From: an uncultured bacterium
GTDB lineage: Bacteria > Zixibacteria > MSB-5A5 > GN15 > FEB-12
Length of the DNA: 64,000 nt
Reading direction: 5' to 3'
Assembly (NCBI GenBank): GCA_965372795.1
Contig: CBDVDR010000014.1
Coordinates: 1 to 64,000 of the forward strand
Made by a program: the position numbers and the translations under genes. Under the pieces are notes generated by a model. It did no database searches and was not told the origin of the DNA. It saw only the letters and a list, made by a program, of their open reading frames with translations. Numbering within the stretch: the stretch's first letter is position 1; each line of letters begins with the position of its first letter. This document shows positions 19,379-29,468 of the stretch, piece by piece.

Positions 19379-22300
19379 ATGAAAAACAAATCAGACGATA
19401 AAAATTTACTTGTCAAAAAAGACAATGATGATATAATTCCAATTTCCTTTACTCGAAAAGCCTGGAAGGTTTATCTGCAGGTTAGCTTTATTGGTCTGAT
19501 TATTGCAGCCACCATGTGGTATGTTTTGAATACTGGCTCTCAAATTGCAAAACAATATACTCCTCTTATTGATGCTATAATTGAGATCAAATATGAATCA
19601 ACAATAGCTCATTTATGGTTTGAGGAAATCATTAGCGGCGATAAAAACGAAGATATTGAAACAGTGTGGCATCATATAAATAAAGCGGAATGGTATTCAC
19701 TTGCAATGCTTGAGGGAGGACAAAAAGAGGATGTTCATTTTATTGCTCTTAAAGATCCCGATCTTCGAATTGGTATTACAAAAATATTAGAGAATATAAG
19801 AGCGTTCCGTGTTATTGCCAAAGAAAGATATGCTCAATTAAATTTATCAACGGTCGGATCGGACATTGATCAGCGTTTTGATTTTGTGTTCAGAAGTGTC
19901 CTTGATCAAGCTGAAAACGTTGAGACTTCCCTTCATCAGGTTATTAAAAAAGTCAATAAGCGTTTCGAGACGGTTCAATATGCATTGATTGTGTTATGTT
20001 TTCTGCTTGCAGGTTTTATCGGCATGATTTTAAATCGTTATAAACGACATCAAGAGATCAACATGATGAAGCTTAAAGCATCAAATCAAGAATTAATAGC
20101 CAGCGAACAACAACTTAAAGCTACCAACCAGCAGTTATTGGCGAGCGAACAACAACTTAGAGCTACCAACCAGCAGTTAATGGCGAGCGAACAACAACTT
20201 AGAGATACAAATCTACATCTACTTCAATCACAGCAAAAACTATCTTTACATGTTCAACAAACACCGTTAGGAGTAATTCAATGGGATTTAAATTTTAAAG
20301 TTACTGAATGGAATAAATCCGCAGAGAATATTTTTGGGTTCACCTATGAGGAAGCAATCGGCCAGCATGCTTCTGGATTAATTGTTCCAGATTCAGCGAA
20401 GGATGCGGTTGATAAAGTTTGGAATAATCTTTTAGCTCAAAGAAAAGAAACTAAAAGTTCTAATGAGAATGTAACAAAAAACAATAAGACAATTATTTGT
20501 GAATGGTATAATACACCCTTAATTGATGATGAGGGCAAAACAATCGGCGTAGCTTCTTTAGTATTAGACGTCACCAAACGGACACGGTTAGAGAATACAA
20601 TAAGAAAACTTGTTGAAGGCACATCTTCACAATCAGGAAGAGGCTTCTTTGAATCCATGGCCATACACCTTGCTAAAAACCTGGATGCCGACTATACCTT
20701 TATAGGGGAATTTAATAAAGGTCAAGAGGACTTAATAAAAACTATTGCAGTTACTGCTGAAGGAAAACTAGAAGAAAATATTGAATATGGCTTAGTCGAT
20801 ACTCCATGTGAAAACGTAATGGGGAAACATGCCTGTTCGTATACTTCGGGAGTAGCAGATCAATTTCCAAAGGATTTATTATTAAAACAAATGGGTGTTG
20901 AAGGCTATGTTGGAGTTCCTCTTTTTGATTCCAAAAATAAGCCACTGGGTATATTGGCAGCTCTTTATCGAAACCCTATAGATGAAACGGATTTCAAAGA
21001 AGGTATACTTAAAATATTTTCTTCACGCATTGAAAGTGAGATGGAACGTGCCATTGCTGACAAAGCATTACGCGAAAGTGAAAGCAAACTTCTTAAAGCA
21101 CAAAAATTAGCGGGCTTAGGGCATTATGTGTTTGAGGTAAATTCAGGTAATTGGACAAATTCGATTGAACTGGACATTCTTTTCGGCATTGATGAAAATT
21201 TTGTTAGAAACTTAGATGGGTGGCTGGAAATAATTCATCCTGATTTTAAAGAAATAATGTTGAATTACGTACAGGATGATGTTTTAAAACAGCATAATCA
21301 TTTTGATAAAGAATATAAAATTATTGACTTAGCAACCGGCCAGGAAAAGTGGGTTCATGGGTTAGGTAACTTAAAGTTCGATAATGCAGGAAATCCGACT
21401 GAAATGTTTGGGACTATCCAGAACATCACCGAACGCAAGCAGGCTGAGGAAGCCCTTCTGGACAGCCAGGAACGATTCAAGAAACTTTCAAACCTCACTT
21501 TCGAAGGAATAATAATTCACAATAACGGTATTACTGTTGATGTAAACGAATCGCTTACAAAACTATTAGGCTATTCAAGAAATGAAATTATTGGCAAGAA
21601 TATAATTGAGCTATGTGTCCCACCGGAATATCATGCAGCGATTCAAGAGAATATTATAAAAAAAGAAACCAAGCCTTATGAGTTAATAGCCATAAAAAAA
21701 GATGGAACACTAATTCCTGTTGAGGTTGAAGCGAGAGATATAAAAGGTGACGATGATGAATTACGGGTCACCGCAATAAGAGATATTTCTAAACGCAAAC
21801 AGGCAGAGGAAGAGTTGAGAGATAGCGAAGAGAAGTATCGCTCTTTATATGAAGAGACTCCTGCGATGCTTCACTCCATCGACAAACACGGTAAAATAGT
21901 GAGTGTAACCGAAAAGTGGCTGGAAAAACTTGGCTATACAGAAGATGAAGTTCTTGGGCGTAAATCTACAGATTTCCTCACGGATAAATCAAAACAATTT
22001 GCCATTGATGAGGTTCTCCCCAATTTTTTCAAGACCGGACACAGCGAGGATATTCCCTATCAATATGTAAAAAAGAATGGCGATATAATTGATGTTCTTC
22101 TTTCGGCAACCTCAGAGCAAACTAAAGATGGCAAAATTGTTAGATCTATGGCATCATTGATAGACATTACCGAGCGCAAACACGCTGAGGAAGCACTACT
22201 GGAAAGCGAACAGAATTTCCGTCTACTGGTTGAAAATCAAAACGATATGGTCGTCAAGGTGGACACAGAAGGAAGATTCCAGTTTGTCAGCCCTTCCTAT

Positions 22301-24079
22301 TGCAAGGTGTTTGGAAACACAGAGGATCAATTACTGGGACAAAAATTTATGCTCAAGGTCCATGAAGATGACCATGAAAGCACCGCCAAAGAGATGGAAA
22401 AATTGTATCGCCCGCCACACACTGCATACGTTGAACAACGGGCTATGACAAAAGACGGCTGGAGATGGCTCGGCTGGATGGATACCGCTGTTCTTGACGT
22501 TGAGGGGAACGTGACTTCAATCATAGGTGTGGGTCGTGATATCACTGATCGCAAACGGGCTGAACAAAACACAAGAGATTTAGCTAACATCCTGGAGAGA
22601 TCACTTAATGAAATTTATATTTTTGATACTGAGAGTTTAAAGTTTATTAATGTCAATTTCGGTGCACGAGAAAATATTGGGTATTCACTGGAAGAACTTT
22701 CAAAAATGACTCCGTTGGATATTAAGCCAGAATTTACCAGAGAATCATTTATGCAGCTAATCGAACCACTAAAAAACAATACTAAAGAGCTAATTTCCAT
22801 TGAAGCTGTTCATAAGAGAAAGAACGGGTCGACATACGATGTTGATGTTCATCTTCAATTATCAGAATTTAACGGAAAATCTGTATTAGTCGAAATAATT
22901 CTTGATATCACAGAGACTAAACGATTGCAGAAACTGGAATCAAGAGCACAACGATTAGAAATGGCAGGAACAATTGCAGGACAGGTTGCCCATGACTTTA
23001 ATAATCTTTTGGGTCCAATTATGGCATACCCTGAATTTATTCGAAGCGGCCTGCCAAATGATCATCCAACTTTAAAATATTTAGACCAAATTGAAAAGGC
23101 ATCGATTAAGATAGCAGAAATTAACCAGGACTTATTAGCTATGGGTCGAAGAGGACATTACAATCAAAAAATCTTAAACTTAAATACAATCGTTCAACAA
23201 ACCTTAACGGATTTGAAGCCTTATCCCAATACACTCACTTTTGATTTAAATTTAAATGACGATTTAAATAATTTTCGTGGCGGCGGGGCGCAAATTCATC
23301 GAATGATCAGCAATCTTCTTCATAATGCAAAAGATGCTATGCAGGATATTGGGATAATAGATATTAAAACTGAGAACTACTATGTTGATGATGTTTCAAT
23401 AGTTTACGGCCGGGTTCCAAAGGGGGAATATGTAAAATTAACTATATCTGATAATGGTTGTGGTATTCCTGATGACATTGTCCAGAAAATTTTTGATCCT
23501 TTCTTTACATCCAAGAGAACTAATATGAATCATGGTTCGGGGCTTGGGATGAGTGTTGTAGATGCGGTTATTAAAGACCACAAAGGATTTATTGACTTGA
23601 GTACCAAAGTCGGTGAAGGTACTTCTTTTTATATCTATTTACCTATCACGCTTGAGACGGTTGATATAAAGGATGCCAATAAAATTATGGGCGGAGAAGA
23701 ATCGATATTAGTTGTTGATGATGATGATATTCAGCGTGAAGTTTCAACTGTAATACTCACAAAGCTTGGATACAATGTAAATTCTGTAGAAAGCGGCGAG
23801 AAAGCTATTTTATTCCTGCGTGAGAATCCGGTGGAGCTTGTCATACTTGACATGGTAATGCCGGGCGGGATTGATGGGACTGAAACCTATCGACAAATTC
23901 TAAAAGTAAATTCTGTTCAAAAGGCAATTATTTTATCAGGTTTTTCAGAATCAAGCAGTGTTTTAGAAGTTCAGAAATTGGGTGCCGGTGCCTTTGTGAA
24001 GAAACCTGTTACTTCAAAAACAATTGCCGCCGCTGTGAGAACTGAACTTGATCGACCCAAGAAAATATCTAATTTGTAA
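19379..24079 (+). CDS. Hybrid sensor histidine kinase (2 TM, helical periplasmic domain, Gln-rich heptad repeat, PAS, GAF, 5 more PAS, HisKA, HATPase, REC)
   Basis: VAHDFNN, NLLHNA, DNGCGI, GSGLGM and a receiver domain; repeated DITERK-type PAC ends; starts 17 bp after cheD. Confidence 0.95.
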   Translation: MKNKSDDKNLLVKKDNDDIIPISFTRKAWKVYLQVSFIGLIIAATMWYVLNTGSQIAKQYTPLIDAIIEIKYESTIAHLWFEEIISGDKNEDIETVWHHINKAEWYSLAMLEGGQKEDVHFIALKDPDLRIGITKILENIRAFRVIAKERYAQLNLSTVGSDIDQRFDFVFRSVLDQAENVETSLHQVIKKVNKRFETVQYALIVLCFLLAGFIGMILNRYKRHQEINMMKLKASNQELIASEQQLKATNQQLLASEQQLRATNQQLMASEQQLRDTNLHLLQSQQKLSLHVQQTPLGVIQWDLNFKVTEWNKSAENIFGFTYEEAIGQHASGLIVPDSAKDAVDKVWNNLLAQRKETKSSNENVTKNNKTIICEWYNTPLIDDEGKTIGVASLVLDVTKRTRLENTIRKLVEGTSSQSGRGFFESMAIHLAKNLDADYTFIGEFNKGQEDLIKTIAVTAEGKLEENIEYGLVDTPCENVMGKHACSYTSGVADQFPKDLLLKQMGVEGYVGVPLFDSKNKPLGILAALYRNPIDETDFKEGILKIFSSRIESEMERAIADKALRESESKLLKAQKLAGLGHYVFEVNSGNWTNSIELDILFGIDENFVRNLDGWLEIIHPDFKEIMLNYVQDDVLKQHNHFDKEYKIIDLATGQEKWVHGLGNLKFDNAGNPTEMFGTIQNITERKQAEEALLDSQERFKKLSNLTFEGIIIHNNGITVDVNESLTKLLGYSRNEIIGKNIIELCVPPEYHAAIQENIIKKETKPYELIAIKKDGTLIPVEVEARDIKGDDDELRVTAIRDISKRKQAEEELRDSEEKYRSLYEETPAMLHSIDKHGKIVSVTEKWLEKLGYTEDEVLGRKSTDFLTDKSKQFAIDEVLPNFFKTGHSEDIPYQYVKKNGDIIDVLLSATSEQTKDGKIVRSMASLIDITERKHAEEALLESEQNFRLLVENQNDMVVKVDTEGRFQFVSPSYCKVFGNTEDQLLGQKFMLKVHEDDHESTAKEMEKLYRPPHTAYVEQRAMTKDGWRWLGWMDTAVLDVEGNVTSIIGVGRDITDRKRAEQNTRDLANILERSLNEIYIFDTESLKFINVNFGARENIGYSLEELSKMTPLDIKPEFTRESFMQLIEPLKNNTKELISIEAVHKRKNGSTYDVDVHLQLSEFNGKSVLVEIILDITETKRLQKLESRAQRLEMAGTIAGQVAHDFNNLLGPIMAYPEFIRSGLPNDHPTLKYLDQIEKASIKIAEINQDLLAMGRRGHYNQKILNLNTIVQQTLTDLKPYPNTLTFDLNLNDDLNNFRGGGAQIHRMISNLLHNAKDAMQDIGIIDIKTENYYVDDVSIVYGRVPKGEYVKLTISDNGCGIPDDIVQKIFDPFFTSKRTNMNHGSGLGMSVVDAVIKDHKGFIDLSTKVGEGTSFYIYLPITLETVDIKDANKIMGGEESILVVDDDDIQREVSTVILTKLGYNVNSVESGEKAILFLRENPVELVILDMVMPGGIDGTETYRQILKVNSVQKAIILSGFSESSSVLEVQKLGAGAFVKKPVTSKTIAAAVRTELDRPKKISNL
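20072..20212 (+). repeat. In-frame 42-bp tandem repeat (about 3.3 copies) encoding ASEQQL(K/R)ATNQQL(L/M)
   Basis: Near-identical units at 20099-20140 and 20141-20182, with partial copies on both sides. Confidence 0.95.
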
Positions 24080-24082
24080 GGA

Positions 24083-25267
24083 TTAAGTTTTTTTTGTTAT
24101 TTTATAGATTTCGTCGTTTTTTCTGATACCCGGTATTTTGATACCAATCTCGTCACCCTTTTGGGCTTTTGAAACAATCCTGTTTTCAATTTCAATTGAT
24201 TTTACTTCGGTCTTTTTTATACCAGTTTTATTCCCAATCACAATAATTTCATCACCAACTTTTAAATCCAATAATAATTTTACTGCCGCGACTTGATTCT
24301 TTGTATAGTAATTGGTGACTTTCCCCAATGCCCGTTTGATCTCTTTTGCATCATTATTTTGGGTTGTGGAAAAATCATGATTAGTTGGTTTGCCAAGGAA
24401 GAAACCGGATGAGAACTGCCGATTAAAAACTTTTTCCAAATCGTTGATTCCGGTTTTTATTTCTTCATCGGTCAATTTATTATCCAGGGCTTTTCTATAA
24501 ACCGAGGTAACCTGATCAACGTACCTTGCATCTCTCCCCCTGCCTTCGATTTTAAAACTAATGACACCTGCTTTTTTCATTGGTTCTACAAAGGCGAGAC
24601 CGCATAAATCCTTGGCAGACATAATTTGAGAATTTTCAACTCGTAATTCATGTCCGTTATCATCAGTAACAACGTAACTTCTCCGACAATTTTGGTAACA
24701 CTCTCCCCGGTTAGCTGATTTGTTATAGGTAAACTGAGACATAAAACATCGTCCAGAGACAGCAACACACATAGCACCATGCACAAAACATTCGACCTCA
24801 ATTGTTTTGGAAATATTTTTGATCTGTTTTAAATTTAACTCCCGGGCTAAAACGATTCTTTTGGCACCCATTTTTTTATAGAATTCGGCAGCTTCGGTAT
24901 TTGCCACAGATGCCTGGGTTGAGATGAAAAACGGGATTTTATATTTTTTACTAAGTCTCATTACGGCATGGTCCCAGCAAATAATCGCATCAACTTTGCC
25001 TTTTATTTTACTTATGACTTTCTCTAATTTTTTCAGTTCATCATCATAAATAATAGTATTCAGAGTGAGATACATTTTCACCTTGCGAGGGGAAGCTTCA
25101 CAAACTTCTCTCATTTGGTCAAGGTCAGTCAGTTTGAAATTTTTGGAAGTTGCCCGCATGGAGAATTCGTTTAATCCAAAATAAACAGCGTCCGCCCCGG
25201 CATTAACAGCCGCAACTAACATTGAGAAATTTCCCGCCGGAGCCATTAGTTCATATTTCTTTTTCAT
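24083..25267 (-). CDS. U32-family Fe-S protein (TrhP/YegQ-like, probable tRNA hydroxylation)
   Basis: ELMAPAG, GADAVYFG, HGAMCVAVSGRC..NRGECYQNCRR, SFKIEGR, C-terminal beta-barrel. Confidence 0.88.
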   Translation of the reverse strand: MKKKYELMAPAGNFSMLVAAVNAGADAVYFGLNEFSMRATSKNFKLTDLDQMREVCEASPRKVKMYLTLNTIIYDDELKKLEKVISKIKGKVDAIICWDHAVMRLSKKYKIPFFISTQASVANTEAAEFYKKMGAKRIVLARELNLKQIKNISKTIEVECFVHGAMCVAVSGRCFMSQFTYNKSANRGECYQNCRRSYVVTDDNGHELRVENSQIMSAKDLCGLAFVEPMKKAGVISFKIEGRGRDARYVDQVTSVYRKALDNKLTDEEIKTGINDLEKVFNRQFSSGFFLGKPTNHDFSTTQNNDAKEIKRALGKVTNYYTKNQVAAVKLLLDLKVGDEIIVIGNKTGIKKTEVKSIEIENRIVSKAQKGDEIGIKIPGIRKNDEIYKITKKT

Positions 25268-25456
25268 CGGTAACTCTAAAATATCCTATTTTGATCAATT
25301 TTCATATTTGAAATGTAATTCAAAAACCAGATAAATCAATCAGAACTAATAATTAATATTTTGCTATTCTTGCCCGGTTAAACCTATTCGTTTACAAACA
25401 TCATTCGGTTTAGTATTGTTACAAGAAGAAAACAATAAATCGACAGGAGAATTAAA

Positions 25457-25948
25457 TTGGGTACTACTATAAAAGAAGTTCTTTGGCTGCAATACGGGGC
25501 TGCCATAGATATGCTCGAAAACGGAATAGTTGAGTGCCCTGAAAAATTATGGGGCGACCGTTCACAAAAACCTGAATTCTGGTATATAGCCTATCATACA
25601 ATATTCTTTCTTGATTTCTACCTCTCTGATTCGGCTGAAGGGTTTACTCCCCCACAACCATTCGGGCTGACCGAGCTTGATCCGGCAGGCGTATTTCCTG
25701 AACGTGTATATTCACAAGATGAACTTCTAACTTATCTAAAATTTGCACGCAACAAATGCAAAGAAAAAGTTTCTACCTTATCTGATGAGAACGCCGAACT
25801 GCCCTGTGCAATGCGAAAAGGACTCACCGTTGCGGAGTTATATATGTATACTATGCGTCATGTCCAGCATCATGCGGCTCAGTTATATTTGATATTACGC
25901 CAACAGATTGATTCAGCCCCACCCTGGGTTAGTAAAGCAAAAGATTGA
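25457..25948 (+). CDS. DinB-family protein
   Basis: FWYIAYHT and RHVQHHAAQL. Confidence 0.85.
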   Translation: MGTTIKEVLWLQYGAAIDMLENGIVECPEKLWGDRSQKPEFWYIAYHTIFFLDFYLSDSAEGFTPPQPFGLTELDPAGVFPERVYSQDELLTYLKFARNKCKEKVSTLSDENAELPCAMRKGLTVAELYMYTMRHVQHHAAQLYLILRQQIDSAPPWVSKAKD

Positions 25949-25982
25949 TCAGGTTGTATTTTAAAATAAGAGCTTTTGCCTA

Positions 25983-26816
25983 ATGTCAATCGGTGTAAAG
26001 TATATAATCATTTCAACGATTTTCTTCGCCTTGATGAATATCGGGGTCAAATATCTTGATAACATCCCTGCTTATGAGATAGTATTTTTTAGAGCACTGG
26101 TGTCGCTGGTAGTATGCTATTTTTTAATTAAAAAACAAAAATTAAATCCCTGGGGGAACAATAAGAAGTATCTGATTTTGCGAGGCATCGCCGGTACCGG
26201 AGGGTTAATGATGTATTTTTATACTTTGCAGCAAATGCCTTTAGCATCGGCTGTTACAATACAGTATCTCTCCCCTATTTTTACAATTATCTTTGCTGGC
26301 TTTCTGCTTAAAGAACATCCTCGATCAATTCAGTGGTTATTTTTTCTGATCTCTTTTATGGGTGTCTTTTTTATTAAGGGATTTGATCCAAGAGTTTCGG
26401 TAACTGATTTAATAATCGGAATTAGTGCGGCTGTCTGCTCGGGATTTGCTTATAATTTTATTCGTAAATTAAAAGAATTTGATCATCCTCTGGTTGTTGT
26501 ACTTTATTTCCCGCTGGTGACAGTTCCGATAATAGGAACCTATACACTTTTTCATTGGGTAACTCCTAATCTCACCGAATTGATAATATTAATTGGAATC
26601 GGTCTTACAACTACTGTTGCTCAAATTTATATGACCAAAGCCTACCAACTTGAACGCGCGGCTAATATCAGCAATTTCAATTATCTTGGGGCAGTCTATG
26701 CCATCATCATCGGATATTTTCTATTTGGAGAAGTAATCAGTTTATTAGCCTATCTTGGAATAGGATTAATAATTTCAGGAGTTTTATTTTCCGCTCGTTT
26801 TCGAACTAAAGCTTAA
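25983..26816 (+). CDS. DMT/EamA-family transporter
   Basis: About 10 TM helices in two EamA repeats (EIVFFR, LSPIF..LKE). Confidence 0.9.
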   Translation: MSIGVKYIIISTIFFALMNIGVKYLDNIPAYEIVFFRALVSLVVCYFLIKKQKLNPWGNNKKYLILRGIAGTGGLMMYFYTLQQMPLASAVTIQYLSPIFTIIFAGFLLKEHPRSIQWLFFLISFMGVFFIKGFDPRVSVTDLIIGISAAVCSGFAYNFIRKLKEFDHPLVVVLYFPLVTVPIIGTYTLFHWVTPNLTELIILIGIGLTTTVAQIYMTKAYQLERAANISNFNYLGAVYAIIIGYFLFGEVISLLAYLGIGLIISGVLFSARFRTKA

Positions 26817-27050
26817 AATCTTTTATGTCAAGCGGCAAAGGAATCAAATACTTTTGTTATCACAAGCATTTAGAAAAGATGAAAGACAAGATCAGAAATG
26901 CCTATTTGATGTTGCGGGGCACTATTCTCGACCGGATGTTTTAGTATAATATCAATAAATAGACAATACTAACCACTTGACAACAGCCTTTAGTTATCGC
27001 ACCTTATAAATAACTCAAATATCTTTAACCAAAAACAGTAGGTAGTAATT

Positions 27051-27740
27051 ATGTTTAATATTAGGCAAAATCACAGTTTTCAGGCTTCCCTTTCAGCTAA
27101 ACAGACTGGCTTTAGAATTCTATTCATTTTGATAATGACTTCTTTATTACTTCTTCTTGGGTGCAGCGATGACAAGAAAAATCCTGTAATTGATGATTTT
27201 GTACCTGATATATATGTTAGCGGTTTTCTATCTTTTGATTATTTGAAGATAGCTCTCCCCCCTGAAGCAGGAACTTTTGCAATTGAAGGTCTTACAATGC
27301 CTGTGAATGGACAATTTCCTTTAAATATTACTGAAGTATGTGGAGGATCGCATATTCCTGCTCAAACTGAATCCTATGCTTTTTGCTATGGAGGCAGGAA
27401 AAATTTAGATAATACGGTTGATATAATGATTATCGTATTATCTAAAACGGGTAATGCTGTTACAACCGGTAATTATCCGGTTAGTCTCACTCAAGTGAAT
27501 TTGTATGCTTACTTAGAAGGTGTTGAGGATTTTGAACTTCCTGATGAATTTGACCCGGAACAGGCTTCATCCTGGATTGAAACCTTAACCGCCAATAGAA
27601 TATTTGTAAGTACGACCGGATCAATCACAGTTGACGAAATCACTAATTCCACTTTTAACGGATCATTTACCGGAACAATGGCATCAGCGACCGGTATTTT
27701 TACAGTCAGTAATGGTGTTTTTAGTATGGTAGGCTTATAA
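27051..27740 (+). CDS. Hypothetical lipoprotein (start may be later)
   Basis: LLLLGC lipobox; beta-rich, ends GSITV..GSFTGT..NGVF. Confidence 0.65.
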   Translation: MFNIRQNHSFQASLSAKQTGFRILFILIMTSLLLLLGCSDDKKNPVIDDFVPDIYVSGFLSFDYLKIALPPEAGTFAIEGLTMPVNGQFPLNITEVCGGSHIPAQTESYAFCYGGRKNLDNTVDIMIIVLSKTGNAVTTGNYPVSLTQVNLYAYLEGVEDFELPDEFDPEQASSWIETLTANRIFVSTTGSITVDEITNSTFNGSFTGTMASATGIFTVSNGVFSMVGL

Positions 27741-27758
27741 ACAACAAAAACTACTGCC

Positions 27759-28553
27759 TTATCTGGTTTCATCAATTAGGATAGAATAAAAATAATCGGC
27801 TGCTTTTTTTTCGATCCAGGGATAATGCCCGCAGTCCGGTATGATTATAAATTTTGGGTCTGCCAAGCAACTTTCAAGAAAAGGACGGATACCTTCTATT
27901 GGATGCGGGTCATAGTCTCCATGGATCACAATCACCGGGACTTTAATTCGAGAAAATAGATTTTTCAGATACCCCGGTTTATTGCGTAAGGTAACAAAAT
28001 CGCCCCAGACTTTTTTGTGCAGTTCAGCCTGGACTTCGATCACTTCAAGATCGGTGGTAATCGGATCGTACAAATCTGTTTCCATAAAGAGTTTTCCCCA
28101 CTCTTTAAAAATTGAATTCTGTTGTTCTTTGGGAGCAGATTGAAAGTTTTTTTTTATAGATTTATATCGAGCCTGATTTTCCGGGCTTAGCCTTTGAAAT
28201 CGTATGTTTTCAATCATCGCCGAATGTTTCGAATCAAAAACCGCTGAACCGATTAGAATTAGTTTTTTTACCATAGAAGACTCGCGGGCAGCTAAAAACA
28301 GAGCCAAAACCGCCCCCCATGATGATCCAACTAATGTAACAGGGAGGGTTGAATTCTGTTGGAGTTGTTCTTTTAATTCATCAATTTGCCCAACAAGGGA
28401 ATCTTCAGATTGGATAGGTTCCAATATGCCTATTTTATCACTCAATTTACGGGCAATCGGAGCCATATATCCGGGCGCACCGGGACCTCCGTGAAGCAGG
28501 GCAACCTTGAAGGGAGGATTGCCGTATTTTCTAACTTGCATATCAATTCCCAT
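27759..28553 (-). CDS. Alpha/beta hydrolase (proline iminopeptidase-like)
   Basis: LHGGPG, GSSWG nucleophile, HGDYD, CGHYPW. Confidence 0.9.
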   Translation of the reverse strand: MGIDMQVRKYGNPPFKVALLHGGPGAPGYMAPIARKLSDKIGILEPIQSEDSLVGQIDELKEQLQQNSTLPVTLVGSSWGAVLALFLAARESSMVKKLILIGSAVFDSKHSAMIENIRFQRLSPENQARYKSIKKNFQSAPKEQQNSIFKEWGKLFMETDLYDPITTDLEVIEVQAELHKKVWGDFVTLRNKPGYLKNLFSRIKVPVIVIHGDYDPHPIEGIRPFLESCLADPKFIIIPDCGHYPWIEKKAADYFYSILIDETR

Positions 28554-28682
28554 AGATTAACATTATTTAAATATTAAAACATTCTATTATATATTTTTTA
28601 TTTTCAAACTTGCATATAAAACCGGGGTGATTTAATTTTTAATCAATTGAATCAAACCAATATTTGACCGATATTATATATA

Positions 28683-29243
28683 ATGAAAATTTTCTTATAC
28701 ATAATTGTTATTATAATTTTAGTTCCATTTATGGGATTTGCTGAAATTTTATTTCCCACAGGATATAATTTTCTAAACCAGTATAATATCAATACTCAAA
28801 GCATTAGCTCGGATGATACTTTGATTATCACCCGTACAATAGTTAATAATGAATCATTTTCATTAACCGGTCTGTTTTTCTCAGAACATATACCCGAAGA
28901 ATTTAACCTGATAGACCATTCTGTTACTAAAAATGGAAATAGCATATCTTATATTTTTGATAATACAATCTTCCCATCTTATCCTGATAATAATTGCTTC
29001 TATTGGATTGTTGATGATCCTAACGGAGAAATTTTGAATAGTATAAATCCAGGCGATAATTTGACATTAATTACCAAATATACTTGTTCAGTAAACGGAA
29101 ATTATACATTTCCGCTTCATTCCAGCTCATTTTATGGCAATTCAACCGGATTTTATTCTACCGCTAATTCACTGCAAATTAGCGTTTCTTCAGAAATTGA
29201 TGTTACTCCGCCAGCCCGAGTAATTGACTTGGAAGCATTTTAA
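28683..29243 (+). CDS. Secreted hypothetical beta-sandwich protein
   Basis: Signal peptide; Ig/DUF11-like strand pattern; ends DVTPPARVIDLEA. Confidence 0.65.
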   Translation: MKIFLYIIVIIILVPFMGFAEILFPTGYNFLNQYNINTQSISSDDTLIITRTIVNNESFSLTGLFFSEHIPEEFNLIDHSVTKNGNSISYIFDNTIFPSYPDNNCFYWIVDDPNGEILNSINPGDNLTLITKYTCSVNGNYTFPLHSSSFYGNSTGFYSTANSLQISVSSEIDVTPPARVIDLEAF

Positions 29244-29468
29244 ATATTTAAGATAATATATCTCTATATAATACAGTTTTTAATCGCTATCTAATTATAC
29301 ATCAAAAAGATAATTTATTTTTTTACACATATTAAATAATTAACTTAGTAACATTTTTGAGATAGTATCCGATAAATAATTAAAGGTAATATTTTATCAT
29401 AAAAAATATGTTTTTTTCGACTGAGTCAATTTTTACTGTGTCAAAGCCAGGGCTTAAGAAAGACATTT

